Part shown: piece after piece, positions 1 through 11,610 of the stretch
Position numbering within the stretch: the stretch's first letter is position 1
Layout of the letters: each line of letters opens with the position of its first letter
NCBI RefSeq assembly: GCF_963506605.1
Contig: NC_083277.1
Location: 44,144,001 to 44,208,000 of the forward strand
Source: Zootoca vivipara
Taxonomy: Eukaryota
Direction: 5' to 3'
DNA length: 64,000 nucleotides
Program-made: the position numbers and the translations under genes
The notes under the pieces: generated by a model
Database searches by the model: none
What the model was told of the DNA's origin: nothing
What the model saw: the letters and a program-made list of their open reading frames with translations, nothing else

Positions 1-331
1 GTGTCCCAGATCCAGCCAGTTTGGTGCTCCTTCAGATATGGCTGGACTGCACCTCCTTCCATCAACATCAGCGGCTGGCTCAGCTGCACAGCTACCTGGG
101 CAGGGATAGCCTAACTTCTGCTTTCTGTGCTCCAGTAATCTCTAGGTTAGGTTACTGCAAAATGCAGAGGCTGCCTCTGGAGACAGGTCAGAAACTTCAG
201 CTGGTGCAGAATTCAGCAGCCAAGCTGCTCGCGGAGTCAAGATGGTTTGAGCATATTAAACCCAACCTGGCCTGACTGCACTGACTGCCAATCAGTTTCT
301 GAGCACAATTCAAACCTTAAATGTCTAAATA

Positions 332-617
332 CAGTGGTGCCTCGCTAGACGAATTTAATTCGTTCCACGGGTCTTTTCTTATAACGAAAAATTCGTCTAG
401 CGAATCTCATAGGAATGCATTGAATTTTATTTTATTTTATTTTTTGCCCATAGGAACGCATTAATTGAATTTCAATGCATTCCTATGGGAAACTGCGATT
501 CGCTAGACGAATTTTTCGTAAAACGAATTCGTCTAGCGAGGCAACCTCCGCTCGAAAAATCCTTTCGTTAAGCGGAAATTTCGTTGAGCAGAGCATTCGT
601 TAAGCGAGGCACCACTG
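332..617. mobile_element. Tc1/mariner-pogo (Tigger-like) MITE
   Basis: TIRs cagtggtgcctcgct...agcgaggcaccactg; TA on both sides; internally palindromic. Confidence 0.9.
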
Positions 618-689
618 TACTGTAATACCTCAAGAACTGCCTCACCCCATATGAACCAATCCAGACCCTGCAACAGTAATAGTAATATT

Positions 690-895
690 AATAATAATAT
701 ATGTATATGACACCAATCTGGCTGGGTTGCCCCAATCACTCTGGGCGGCTTACAACAAATTAAAACACAGCAAGACATCAAACATTAAAAACTTCTCTGT
801 ACAGGGCTGCCTTCAGATGTCTTCTAAAAGTCAGATAGTTGTTTATTTCCTTGACATCTGATGGGAGGGTGTTTTACAGGGTGGGTGCGACTACT
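690..895 (-). mobile_element. L2 LINE 3' end (same family as 23291-24170)
   Basis: Reverse complement of the ...agacatctgaaggcagccctgt...cccagagtg 3' region; boundaries approximate. Confidence 0.8.
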
Positions 896-1741
896 ATCTT
901 TGTGTGCCTCCTCCACGGGACGTAAGAGGATGGCAACATGAGAATGGGTCTTTTCCACAGTAGCTCCCCACTGTGCAATGTTCTCCCCAGAGAATCTCAC
1001 CTGGTGACTTCATGATATATCTTTAGGCACCAGGCCAAAACATTCCTCTTCTCCCAGGCCTTTGGCTAATTAAACCATCTATGGCCTTATAAACTGTGTG
1101 TCGGGGGAGGCATTGTTTTGTTTGTTATTATGTGTATTTTGATCCTGTTAACCACCCTGTGATCCTTGGATGAAAGGTGGTCAATAAATTAAGGGAATAA
1201 AACAAACAAACATTAGAAATAAACTCCCATCAACCCTGACTCTTGGCCATGCTGGCTGGGGCTGGTGGGAACAACATCAGGAAGTTGGGTATGAAATAGC
1301 TTGTAGAAAACACTGGTGAACTCCAGTGCTGCTGCAGAAGTACTTTTGCCCATTGATGTTCCTGTTAAGCCAGTTGTATATATTGTTATTCTCGATATAT
1401 ACATTTGCAGCTAACTTCATACACAGGTATGACCAATAAGGGTCCACCTATGTTTATTAAAATTTATAATAAGAAAGATTTGTGATTTCAGATTTGCCAT
1501 ACTGAAATTTTGGTAAATACTGCCTTGTTAATGCAAATTAAACCCCTTCCAGGGCATTCAGAATCAAGCATTTTAAGGTGAGGAGGCCTGCGATGGTCCA
1601 GACATTAGGTCATTAAGTTGCACGTCATTGAGCTTACTTCCAAAACAGTCTTTAAGTGAGAATTTTATAGGAAGTCTAAGTAGCATAAGAAAGCAAAGCC
1701 TGTTTACAATATTGATATAGAAAAGGAGCGAGAATTTTTAC

Positions 1742-1822
1742 CTGCTACCACTGGAGATTTTCTGTCATCTAGAAGCTGAATGGCAGTACTTGCTGTTACC
1801 ACGTTGCTTTTGTTTGCTGTTT
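1742..1822 (-). CDS. CACNA2D3: CACNA2D3 coding exon (~human exon 27), 81 nt: (E)TANKSNVVTASTAIQLLDDRKSPVVA
   Basis: Minus strand ttattgtag|AAACAGC...GTAGCAG|gtaaaa; matches recalled alpha2delta-3 peptide NKSNVVTASTSIQLLDERKSPVVA; phase fits the previous exon. Confidence 0.96.
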
Positions 1823-2407
1823 CTACAATAAAAAAGAAGCAGTTATTCAATATGTATTTTTAAACAACTGGTGGTATGTTTTCACAGCAGCAGATTAAAA
1901 TAAGCTTTGCATGTCATCTGAACTGGAGATTGTAGTCAAGCTCTATCCTGCTAAACCATAATCTGTAACCAAGAACAAACCTTGGTTAAGGAGGGGAGAG
2001 ATTAACCATGACCCCACATTTGGATGGCATGCTAACCCACACATTTGTTTAGTTGCTAGGTCGTGCTGAGCTCAAAGTTGTGGGGAGGGGCTCAAAGGAC
2101 TGTGGCAGCCTCCCTGGAAACCAGTACGTTTGTGTGTTCATGCTAAACAACAGTTCTTTGTGTGCACAGTGAAATTAGAAACTGAAATTACAGCACAATA
2201 TTAAATTAAGTCCTGCAAATCTTAACTGCTTGTAGTTTTAAGTAAGCAAAAATGTTGGGTACCAATCTGGATTGATGGGTGCAATTCCTTCCTTCCTTCC
2301 TTCTTTTTATTTACGTAAAGATTTTATACCACACATTTCACATGTATCTCAAGGTGGTTTTGAGTGTATGAATTAGCTATGAATCGAAGCAAAATTAAAT
2401 GACAAAC

Positions 2408-2529
2408 CTGTGCTGAAAGGGATTGAGTAGACAAAGCTTCCTGGTATCTGTTCTGCAGCTCTTCTGTACCAAAGCGGGAAATGATCAGCATTGAAAATAT
2501 TCTCCTTGTCTCCAGCTGTCAAGAAGTCT
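2408..2529 (-). CDS. CACNA2D3: CACNA2D3 exon (~26), 122 nt: DFLTAGDKENIFNADHFPLWYRRAAEQIPGSFVYSIPFST
   Basis: ttcaag|AGACTTC...AGCACAG|gtttgt; diagnostic FPLWYRRAAEQIPGSFVYSIPF motif. Confidence 0.97.
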
Positions 2530-2920
2530 CTTGAAACAGAAGAAAATATAATATGTTTGCTTGTTTTGGTTTCTACATCTTAAGCGCCTTAAAAAGTTTT
2601 CTTTCTTTCCTTCTTTCTTTAGTTCTCCTGAAAGTAACTCTAAAATAACGTAAGCTACCCTCTCGATACCAGAGTCACTGGTGTCAGAATGGCAGCCCCA
2701 CATGCACCTGGTTACAACTGCGTTTACAATGCCTTCCCAGGTAGAATGCACCTAAAATAAACATACTGCGGTTAATAAGCATAGCTGCTGCTAAGACACA
2801 GAAGCTGGAAAACCTGACTCCTCCTCAGCTTATAGGTAGCCCCAGCAACCAAGCAATGAACATCTTCCAGGAAGCATAACAGACAAGCACATTAGGCCTT
2901 ACTTTATTGATGTTTCAATA

Positions 2921-3108
2921 CAGTGGTACCTCGGTTTAAGTACACAATTAGTTCCGGAAGTCTGTACTTAATCTGAAGCGTACTTAACCTGAAGCGAACT
3001 TTCCCATTGAAAGTAATGGAAAGTGGATTAATCCGTTCCACGCGGGTCCGCGAAGTACTTAAACTGAAAGTACTCAAACCGAAGCGTACTTAAACCGAGG
3101 TATGACTG
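2921..3108. mobile_element. Tc1/mariner-pogo MITE
   Basis: TIRs cagtggtacctcggtttaagtac / gtacttaaaccgaggtatgactg; TA TSD. Confidence 0.9.
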
Positions 3109-3769
3109 TATTTGGTTTCAATATTTGTATTTTTGTTATTTCAGTTTTGATTGTGTAGGTTGCTTTGAGACCCTTTGGTGTAAGAACCAACAAATAAATA
3201 TAATAACAAATAATAATAATAGTAAAGTAGCATGTGTGTTGAGAAAAACCAAGAAAAGGAGTGCATGAAACAATGCTGAACCATTGCTTTCCAGGGTTGT
3301 TGGGTTTTTTTGGGGGGGGGGTGATTTTATTTTACAAAACAAAAGAAACAGATGTGCGCAGAAGGGCTTTGGGCTTGTGTTTTTCAAAGAGCAGTCCTCC
3401 AAGCAACATGTAAATGGAGGTGCTTTCAAAAACATGAGAGTTCAATGTGTAATGGGGATGGTGAGGTTTCTTCTTCTTAGGCATGCTTTAAAATAAGTCT
3501 TGAGATTCTGGGCATTCTCACTTAAAATGTTATTTTGTAGCTAGCAATGCATGATGAATTGGGTGCAAATAGGGAACCATTTTCTTGGGAGATTCAGGGG
3601 GGGGGGGAATCAAGGGGATAGATATCCATTGCCTTTTGGGGGGTATATGAGCTGTATTAAACCTGCTAAAAACAGATCTGCATTCTTTGTGTGATGAGGC
3701 AGGATGAAACAGTTTGAAAACTGAATGAACAATCTGTTATGCACAAGCATCCCAAATTAAATCCCAAAT

Positions 3770-4240
3770 TTATTTTCTTTTTAAACATTTATACACCATC
3801 TTCCAAACAAAATCCCAAGGAGGCTAACACACTATGCAATAGACAAAACACATTGCAATAAATGAAAATGAAATCATAAATTCAGTAACTGGTACATTTC
3901 TCAAGGCCAGGCGTTTTACCTCCATGCCGCCGCCCAAATAAGCTCAGCTGAGGTGTGCAAGTGCACTTTCAAGATTAGCCAAAAACTCAACGAGGTTGGC
4001 ACCCACCTTATTTCCACGAGGACACAGCTCCATAAATTGGGCATTGCAACAGAGAAGGCCTTCCCTGGTTGCTACCAGATGCATTTCTGCAGACTGTAGT
4101 GCAAGCAAGAGGGCCTCATTCTGAGATCATACTGGCTACTCTGGTCTGAAGAGGTGAAGGCATCCCCTCAGATAGCCAGGTTCCAAGTTGTTCAGGGCTT
4201 CCTAAATCAGCAACTGAAGCTCACACTTGGCCCAGCAGAG
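3770..4240 (-). mobile_element. Old L2-like LINE 3' fragment
   Basis: Degenerate L2 motifs (acagagaaggccttcc, ccaagttgttcagggctt); boundaries approximate. Confidence 0.55.
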
Positions 4241-4389
4241 TTTTAGTGTCCTTTGTTTTGACACATGGAATCTGAACTAGAATGCAGAGAACTGGTGGGG
4301 AAGGGAAAGAAGGGACTATATAAAATTATGTGCATGGTTCTCTACTTCCGGTACTGCTTTCTTACATTGCCATATACGGTACTACTTAC

Positions 4390-4485
4390 TGATTAGTTAG
4401 CTGTTCCGGTCCCACAAACAAATTGACACGAGAAAGACCCGTCCGAGTTCCAAGGAAGGCAACTTCCACTCCCTTGTCTGAATTT
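4390..4485 (-). CDS. CACNA2D3: CACNA2D3 exon (~25), 96 nt: NSDKGVEVAFLGTRTGLSRVNLFVGPEQLTNQ
   Basis: cttcttcag|AAATTCA...CTAATCA|gtaagt; in frame with neighbouring exons. Confidence 0.97.
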
Positions 4486-4732
4486 CTGAAGAAGAGCAAC
4501 ACGCAAGGAAGAATTACATTTCCAGACGGTAAATGGTACGCAGATATTCTGAGGTCACAAGAAGTGCAAGCACAAACCAGGACTGCAATTTTAATCAGTT
4601 TTAATAAATATACTAATCAACTTAAGCTTTAACTGAAATTAAAATATTTCCCCAATTAATTAGTGGGAGTTGGACTGAAAGGATAAACTATTAAGCAGTC
4701 AACACAGATGCACAATCTCCCTTCCTCTAACC

Positions 4733-4868
4733 CAGGCATCCCCAAACTGTGGCCCTCCAGATGTTTTGGCCTACAACTCCCATGATCCCTAGCTAACAGG
4801 ACCAGTGGTCGGGGAAGATGGGAATTGTAGTCCAAAACATCTGGAGGGCCGAAGTTTGGGGATGCCTG
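4733..4868. mobile_element. 136-bp hAT MITE
   Basis: TIR caggcatccccaaact...agtttggggatgcctg; perfect 8-bp TSD ctctaacc (4725-4732 / 4869-4876). Confidence 0.93.
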
Positions 4869-4923
4869 CTCTAACCTATAGTTGTGTGCAAATGGCTGCT
4901 TGAAATTATCCGAATTATCCTAT

Positions 4924-5062
4924 ACATCTGAAGGCAGCCCTGTATAGGGAAGCTTTTATAAAGGTGAATGTTTTACTATGTTTTTATGTATGCTGGAAGC
5001 TGCCCAAAGTGGCTGGGGCAACCCAGTCAGATGGGTGGGGTATAAAACAAAACAAAACAAAA
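4924..5062 (+). mobile_element. L2 LINE 3' terminal fragment
   Basis: acatctgaaggcagccctgtatagggaagctttt...ggtggggtataa plus an A-rich tail; matches ~23990-24140. Confidence 0.8.
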
Positions 5063-6449
5063 CACCCTACTTTTAGATGACTGGGAGCACAATTTATCTC
5101 AATTTTTCAAAGTTGGGGAATAAGAAATTACCTAGCAGGTTTTTTCAGGGGGTGGTTGTGGGGCTCACCATTACCAGTGGCTGTAGCACACTACCATTTA
5201 ATTTAATAATGGGGAATATTTTGGGGAAATTATGCGAGGTGACCTTTTTATAGGGGGTGATGGGGGGGGGGGAATCTCAGAAGTTTCCCCAGCTCTAATC
5301 TGATGCTCTATCAAGGCTGCAACCCTGCACATTCTTAGGAGTAAGGACTAGCAGAGTCATTCCAGGATATTGTTTTTCATTGCCCCCCCCCCCTACCCTT
5401 CAAAAAGGAAAAAAAGGAAAAAAGGAAAAGACACTCCACTATTCTTCATGTGCTTTTAAACAATGTCCTATTGGTCCCTTAAGTGAATCTTCTATATTCC
5501 CTTCCCAGTTTCCCTTTTCAAAATTGGTTTTAAATGGCCTCAAATGTGGCCTTAATGCACTGATTTTATGCAAAACACCCCGAGAGCGAGTCAGCAGGGG
5601 CACTGCATGTCAATCTTGGGTTTTATTATTATTATTATTAAATTAAATGCTGTCCGTGCAATTTCATTTTGCAGCTCCAGAAAAAATGACGCCATGAGGG
5701 TTGTCAGGTGGCTGCCTAGAGATTCCCCCCATAGCCCTTTAATGGGCTGCTGACCTGGAAGACAAGAGAGTCCTCATTTCTCTCATCCATTATGCTGCAG
5801 GCTCTGTCATCAGCCTCCCTCCTCAGCTGATGTACAGCTCACTTGCTCATTACAGCGGGTAGGGGATGATTGTAGGGGAATGACAGGACTGAGGATAGCC
5901 ACACAGCTGCCGAATCTTTTATTTTAGTAATGGGTTTAATGGAAAGGAGAAATAGCTGGGTTTCAGCTTAGCAACCCTACATGCCAGGGCTCCAAACGAA
6001 GTCACATCACAGCCCCAGTTTTAGAAAACACCAACAGTTGGTAGCAGCACCTCAGAAGAGAGAGTAGTGGCACTCTCAGGATGCCAGCACAGCAAAGCCT
6101 GTACCAGGAGGACAGTCTAGATCAGGGGTAGCCAGTGTGGCCATTGGCTTAGGGTTGATGGTTCCTGGAGTTCAACAATACCTGGATCACACCACATTGG
6201 AAATCTATGATTTAGGTCATTATTCTGTAAGTATAGTATTTTAACACCCATTACTCTAAACAAAATAAAAAAAATTCCCTCCAGTAACACCTTAGAGACC
6301 AACTAAGTTTGTCATTGGTATGAACTTTACTCTATGAACCATTCCTCTAGTACAGAAGAGGTTCTAAAGAATGTAGACATGAATTGACTCTTTCCACTGA
6401 TACTAATGGAGGAGTCTATAAGGGCAGGTGAATTATTTCTGTGCATCAT

Positions 6450-6923
6450 TGTAAGGGGGACTCCCTACAGGGAGCCAGCCCCCATCATCCTAACGTCCAC
6501 CTCATCAAGTACAGAGAGCACCAGTGGTTCTGAAGCAGCCAGAGGGGGAGGAAGAGACTCAGAGGGGGAGAGAAATCAGAGTGAGGAACAATAGAAAGCT
6601 CAGGCGGAGGGATGCAGGCAGATGCTTGGGGATACTGCAGAGCCAGAGAACCGACTGCTGAGGGAGGAAACTGAAAGGGCATCACTCCTTCCGGCGCCAG
6701 AAATAAGGAGAGCACCGCAACGCAGGTCAAGGGGGTGGCGCTTCGGGGTGCCCAGACTACTTTGCTGGCGTAGGAACAGACGTACGCCATTGCCGGATTT
6801 TGATTCGGGATGAGAGGTCATGTTTTAAGCTGTTTCTACACTGTAAATAAATAGCACAATAAACTTCTTTGAAGACAAACTGGACTCTAGTTACTCTAGA
6901 GTAGCCACGCCGACCCTCTGACA
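6450..6923 (+). mobile_element. Solo LTR, Ty3/Gypsy, related to the LTR at 63309
   Basis: TGTAA...TGACA termini; perfect 5-bp TSD atcat (6445-6449 / 6924-6928); AATAAA signals at ~6846-6863; U5 motif gttactct..agtagcc shared with the 63309 LTR. Confidence 0.92.
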
Positions 6924-7023
6924 ATCATATATTTAAAACAATGAATGAATTGGTGAAAATAAATGTATGCAACCGAGTGAAGACATTATTAAAAGAATAA
7001 TAAGCAATGCTCTGTTCACTTAC

Positions 7024-7117
7024 TCTGATTTGTTCAGTGCAAGGCTGGTCCAATAAGCTTCTATTGGTGCGCTGACCACTGCATCAAACAGTACTTCCTG
7101 TATTAATTCTTTATCAC
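7024..7117 (-). CDS. CACNA2D3: CACNA2D3 exon (~24), 94 nt: (C)[31 protein letters not shown]
   Basis: tttatag|GTGATAA...AATCAGA|gtaagt. Confidence 0.97.
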
Positions 7118-8117
7118 CTATAAAGTTTTTAAAGCATTAATAAGGAGCATGTGTGCAGCCTTCTTACGGCAGTAAACTTGGAGTCAGTAGATATCGGCAG
7201 GAATGCTACATTTCTGTTATTAGAGACTGTATACTTCACTGCGGACTCTGGCCCCAGAAGAACTTGTAAGTACGCAAGTGATGGAAATCTCACCTATTTG
7301 AGATGAGATGGGGAGGAGGGAAATCTCACATACCACGGCTAGCATCTTTCTCTTGCACATGAAAATCAAAATTTCCTGGATTCCATGCACTAATCCTTAT
7401 AGGAGTTCCATATGTCCATACTTTATTTCATCCAGGGACTATCATGCTTGGTAACATCATTCCACAATACTGGTTGTGATCCACCACCACCCATATTCTG
7501 TCCCAGTGCCAGCTATAGAAGACACAATTAGATGAGCACATGGAACATTTGCTTTCTGTGGCCAGCAATGGAAAATTCCCAGTTGCATGTGTATGGTTGT
7601 GCTGCATACAGTACCGTCTCACATCCCAACCACAGCTCAATTGAGTTTTTGTTACCAAAGCACATACAGGTGTGATCATCAAACAGCCTGAACGTCAAAA
7701 TCTGTCTTGGTTTTCTCAGTAATACGTGCCAATGTATTTCTAGTGATGCAAGCAAAGGTTTCACCCAGCGGTTTGTTGTATAACATTCAGTACAAATGGA
7801 ACTTTCTTAAGTAAGGATACTTAGTGTTTATGTAGCATTCAAAGAGCTTCAGAATCTTTATTGTGTTATAATCCATTCAGTGGTAGGTCAGTATTATAAC
7901 CCCAATATTGCAGATGGGGGAACTGAAGCTGAGAGAAAAAAACTTGCCTAGACCAGCTACTGATTTGATGGTTCAAGCAAGCTCAGCCCCCCACCAATGA
8001 TGTATGCTGCCTCTGTATTGCATTAAAAATGAAGCTGGTGTGTTATTCTGTAAAAGGCAAATACAGTTTGGAGGAATGCTGGCAATAATTATCAAAATCA
8101 GTCAACAACATACTTAC

Positions 8118-8215
8118 AAGGAAGCAACGGCTCTTTCCCCATGAGGTAGTTTTGAATAGCCTTCAGCTGAGTCATTTGGCGGTGCTCAGGATGCAAGTCT
8201 GTGTTGCAATATGAC
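8118..8215 (-). CDS. CACNA2D3: CACNA2D3 exon (~23), 98 nt: SYCNTDLHPEHRQMTQLKAIQNYLMGKEPLLP
   Basis: ttctcag|GTCATAT...CTTCCTT|gtaagt. Confidence 0.96.
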
Positions 8216-8357
8216 CTGAGAACATAGCATGGTTAAAAATAATTTCAACAAATATTTGTGAGCGTGATCTCCCATTGTCATTCTGCAGGAGTCGGGCACA
8301 CCACGCATGAACAAAAAGGCCAACACAAATTAAGTGCATGCTTTATTGAAGACTTAC

Positions 8358-8403
8358 CATTCGTCTGCCAAAGATACATCAGGCTGTTCTAAATCAGTCA
8401 ATC
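8358..8403 (-). CDS. CACNA2D3: CACNA2D3 exon (~22), 46 nt: GLTDLEQPDVSLADEW
   Basis: atttcag|GATTGAC...ACGAATG|gtaagt; 142-nt intron to the next exon. Confidence 0.96.
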
Positions 8404-9242
8404 CTGAAATCAGAATACATGACAAAGGTCATTTTCTGAAAGCTATCAGCATCAGTTCAGTGTCTGTATACAGTTCATGACAGTCATTCTTCCTTCTTTG
8501 GGGTAGGGAGGGGGCTGCTAGGTTATATACCATAACTAATGTAAATTAAGTGTATTTCTATCAGTACTCAAAAATATGCAAGAACCAAGGGAGTACATTT
8601 GATTAAACCTTAGGAACTGAATATCATTATATATACAGGATCACATAGGTTAGACAGCTGGAAGACACCTGTACAAACTTCAAGCATGTGAAGACAACAG
8701 GCGCTTTTACCCTAGTTATCCCACAAGCATGATATCCTAAGGATTGTAATCAGTGGGTTGTATCCAATGCTGAGTGTGTGGAATTCCGTGCATGCAGCGG
8801 GACTTCCTTTTCCTCTCCTCCCCTAGTACACCACCCAAATATACTTTTGTGAGTGTGCAGGGAGATGGAGGGGGCAGGAAAGGAATAGGAAGTTCCATCG
8901 CATGCACAGAAACCAGTTGACCAGTGACGCTGCAGTGTTGGGAAATAGCCTTGTGTGTTTCTCTATTCCTTTAGTGATCTTGTGGTACTGTTACATATGC
9001 TCTTTTGTTATTGCTGTCTGTATTTTTAAGTTTTTTAAAAAACAAAACTCATGAAGACGCACAGGCATAAAAGAGCATAGGAGGTGGGTATGAGAGATAG
9101 TCAAAAAGGCAAGTAGCTGAAGATAGGAATGGAAAAGGACGCTGAGATTATATAGTCTTAAACTCTACTGACCGAGATGACAAAACATAATTTTTAATAC
9201 AAAATGAAGATGACCAATGTAGGCTTGGGTAATTGTTTATAC

Positions 9243-9410
9243 AGGAACATAGGAAGCTGCCTTACAGAAGACCCTATGCTGTCCACTCTGGCAGGCAGTT
9301 TCAGACAGAGGTCCTTCACATTAGCTGCATCCAGATCCTCTTAACTGGAGATGCCAGGGACTGAACCAAGGAAATTCTGCATACAAAATGTGTGGTTTAG
9401 GCTGGAACTA
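9243..9410 (-). mobile_element. tRNA-derived SINE remnant
   Basis: aggaacataggaagctgcctta...gagatgccagggactgaacc (reverse B-box-like GGTTCAGTCCC). Confidence 0.55.
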
Positions 9411-9999
9411 TCTATCAAGAGTAACTACAGGGGAATGAAAACTCACTCTCAACCTCAGTTATCATTGTCTGAACAGCTGGACCCAGGTTCTCCTGTATGT
9501 TTTGGCTCTAAAACATTCATGAGTCCCACAACTGTGGTTAGCAGTAAAAAGTAGGGGATCTGATACTCTAATGATGATGCTTTGACCATGAAAAACACAA
9601 ATTGGGGCAGATGGGGTGGGAGTTTTCCTGCTGGGCAAGCAAGGTGGCTGCATAGCTCCGTGGTCCGATCCACCTAACAGGCCTAATCAATTAAAACCAC
9701 AAATCTAGCACAAAGATGCTCACAAAGTGAGGGATAAAATGATGCAGCCATGTTGCCGCTTTCTATGTTACAAGGAATCTTTGTTGTGGGCACTGTCCCC
9801 ATAAATCTCTCACATATATCTTTCATCCAATTAGATATGTGCGCATGCACACACCCACACCCACATACCCAAAACATGCACAAGGTCACTGGGCAATAAA
9901 GCAGAAAAACTGCTTGAGAGACCTACATGCCTTAAGCCCCATTATCATGCAATAGTTGAACAAATGCCTAGGAAATCTGATTTGCTGTGCAAATGCTAC

Positions 10000-10067
10000 C
10001 TTCTTCTATAGTCACGTTTCCTCTGAAGAAATATTTGCCGTGTCCTCTAGAGAGAGCCACACCTAAA
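10000..10067 (-). CDS. CACNA2D3: CACNA2D3 exon (~21), 68 nt: LGVALSRGHGKYFFRGNVTIEE
   Basis: tgcacag|TTTAGGT...GAAGAAG|gtagca. Confidence 0.97.
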
Positions 10068-11234
10068 CTGTGCAGATAAACAAAAAGCAGGCCATGAAAT
10101 CTGTCCCACACACAAAGCTAGGAAAGTGCAAGAGAAAATCTATACCATTTCTCCCGGCATTTTTAGTCCGTGCTCTAGAAACAATTCAGTGTTGTTTCCA
10201 AAACCTTGGTGGTTGCATTTATTGCTCAACCAGCCACTTCAGTGCCATTTCACTTTTACTGTGCCAGGAGCAATGGACTGTATCTATTTGTGTGTTTAGG
10301 GGTGCAGTAACCCGTGCATTCTCTGGCAAGCTCAAACGCAAGCCCCACCAAGGTCAGAGTGGTTTTTCCAGCTGCTTCATTTTCCAGCCAAGGTCTGAAC
10401 ATGCCCATGGGCTCACCAAGAAGGAGGCTCAAAAATGAAAGTCATCTGTGTGCGTGGGGGGGGGGACTGCCCTTACTGATAGTTTGGGCGCCAGTAGAGC
10501 TGCTGAGTGCAAGGAAATACGAGAATGTGTTAATGGGGGTCATAATGACCCACTTGGCATAATTCTTTGTTGCATATTTGGGCATGTTAATATTTTACGG
10601 GATGTAAATAATACCGCATTGGGCTTATCTTCTCCATATAACACGGTCACACACGGAGGACTACTACTATAGAATGTATAGCATGGGCGAATGGCTGGAA
10701 GACATTTCCTCTGTTTTCTAAAGCATTCATGAAACTGCAGTACAGGTGACTTGAATGCCTGGCAAGAGATCAATAGGATAAAGCCCACATGGTTCCCACT
10801 CGGAGATACAATCTATTCTCTGTGGTCAGGTATCTAATTTGTTTGAGAATGGCTATCAACAAACCTTCGGAAAGGAAATTCCAAAGACTCTTTTTTGGCA
10901 CAACAGAAATGTATGCTATAAAAGTACGTTTCCTTTTCTGCCCTTTAAACCATCTACACTACTATCTCTTATCAATACAGAACCCACAATAGAAAGGCAA
11001 GGATCTGGAAAAAAACGTTTTATAAAATAGCTTTTGCACTGCACTTATACTGCTCTCTCATAGGTAGAGGGGCATCCTGATCCACAGCTAAGTTAAGACA
11101 AGGGGCCAACCTGAGGCATGGATGCCACAAATGTCAAGAGCCATTACCAGAATCTGGTAATCTTCAGGCTTCTGTGCAAGTCACTGGTCCAGTGAGCTAC
11201 CAGAACTATGGTTTACAACAGCTTTCGCTAAATG

Positions 11235-11610
11235 ATTATTAATATTTCCATACCATCCTTCGTCAGAGGGTCACAGGGCAGTTTACAATATAAAAGCACA
11301 AAATATACAGCACAATACATATTAACAAACAAAAACAACCCTCCCCCATCTAAAAGGCCATAGGTGGTTTAATTAGCCGAAGGCCTGGGAGAAGAATAAT
11401 GCTTTTGTCTAGCACCTAAGGATATGTAACAAAGGCGTCAGATGAACCTCCCTGGGGAGAAAGTTCCACAAGCAAGGAGCCACCACAGAAAAGGCCTGTT
11501 CTCATGCTGTTGCCCTGTGGACCTTTCGTGGAGGAGGCACACGAAGAGCCTCAGATGATGATCACAGGGTGCAGGTCAGTTCATATGGGGAGAGGCCACT
11601 CTTGAGGTAT
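11235..11610 (-). mobile_element. L2-like LINE 3' fragment (family of 900-1205, inverted)
   Basis: taattagccgaaggcctgggagaaga is near the reverse complement of tcttctcccaggcctttggctaatta at ~1047-1072. Confidence 0.75.

Larger units (their letters stand above)
1..1205 (+). mobile_element. Old L2-clade LINE 3' fragment, interrupted by a mariner-type MITE and an inverted L2 tail
   Basis: Degenerate ISRLGYC...KLQLVQNSAAKLL...HIKP frame (ORF 21..275) resembles the L2 ORF2 C-terminus; 3' UTR-like sequence resumes at ~900-1205. Confidence 0.75.

Noticed and set aside
1-1741. Nested LRTM1 gene, which as I recall lies antisense in a late CACNA2D3 intron in mammals
   Set aside because: No leucine-rich-repeat coding sequence on either strand; it would lie beyond the left edge of the window
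2485-2751. 88-aa minus-strand ORF with an AG at its start, suggesting an extended exon 26
   Set aside because: Out of frame with exon 26, ends in a stop inside it, and resembles no protein I know; the 2529 acceptor gives the correct frame and length
6286-6330. caccttagagaccaactaagtttgtcat shared with 30138-30165
   Set aside because: Most likely short termini of a common squamate repeat (Penelope-like); too short to annotate confidently
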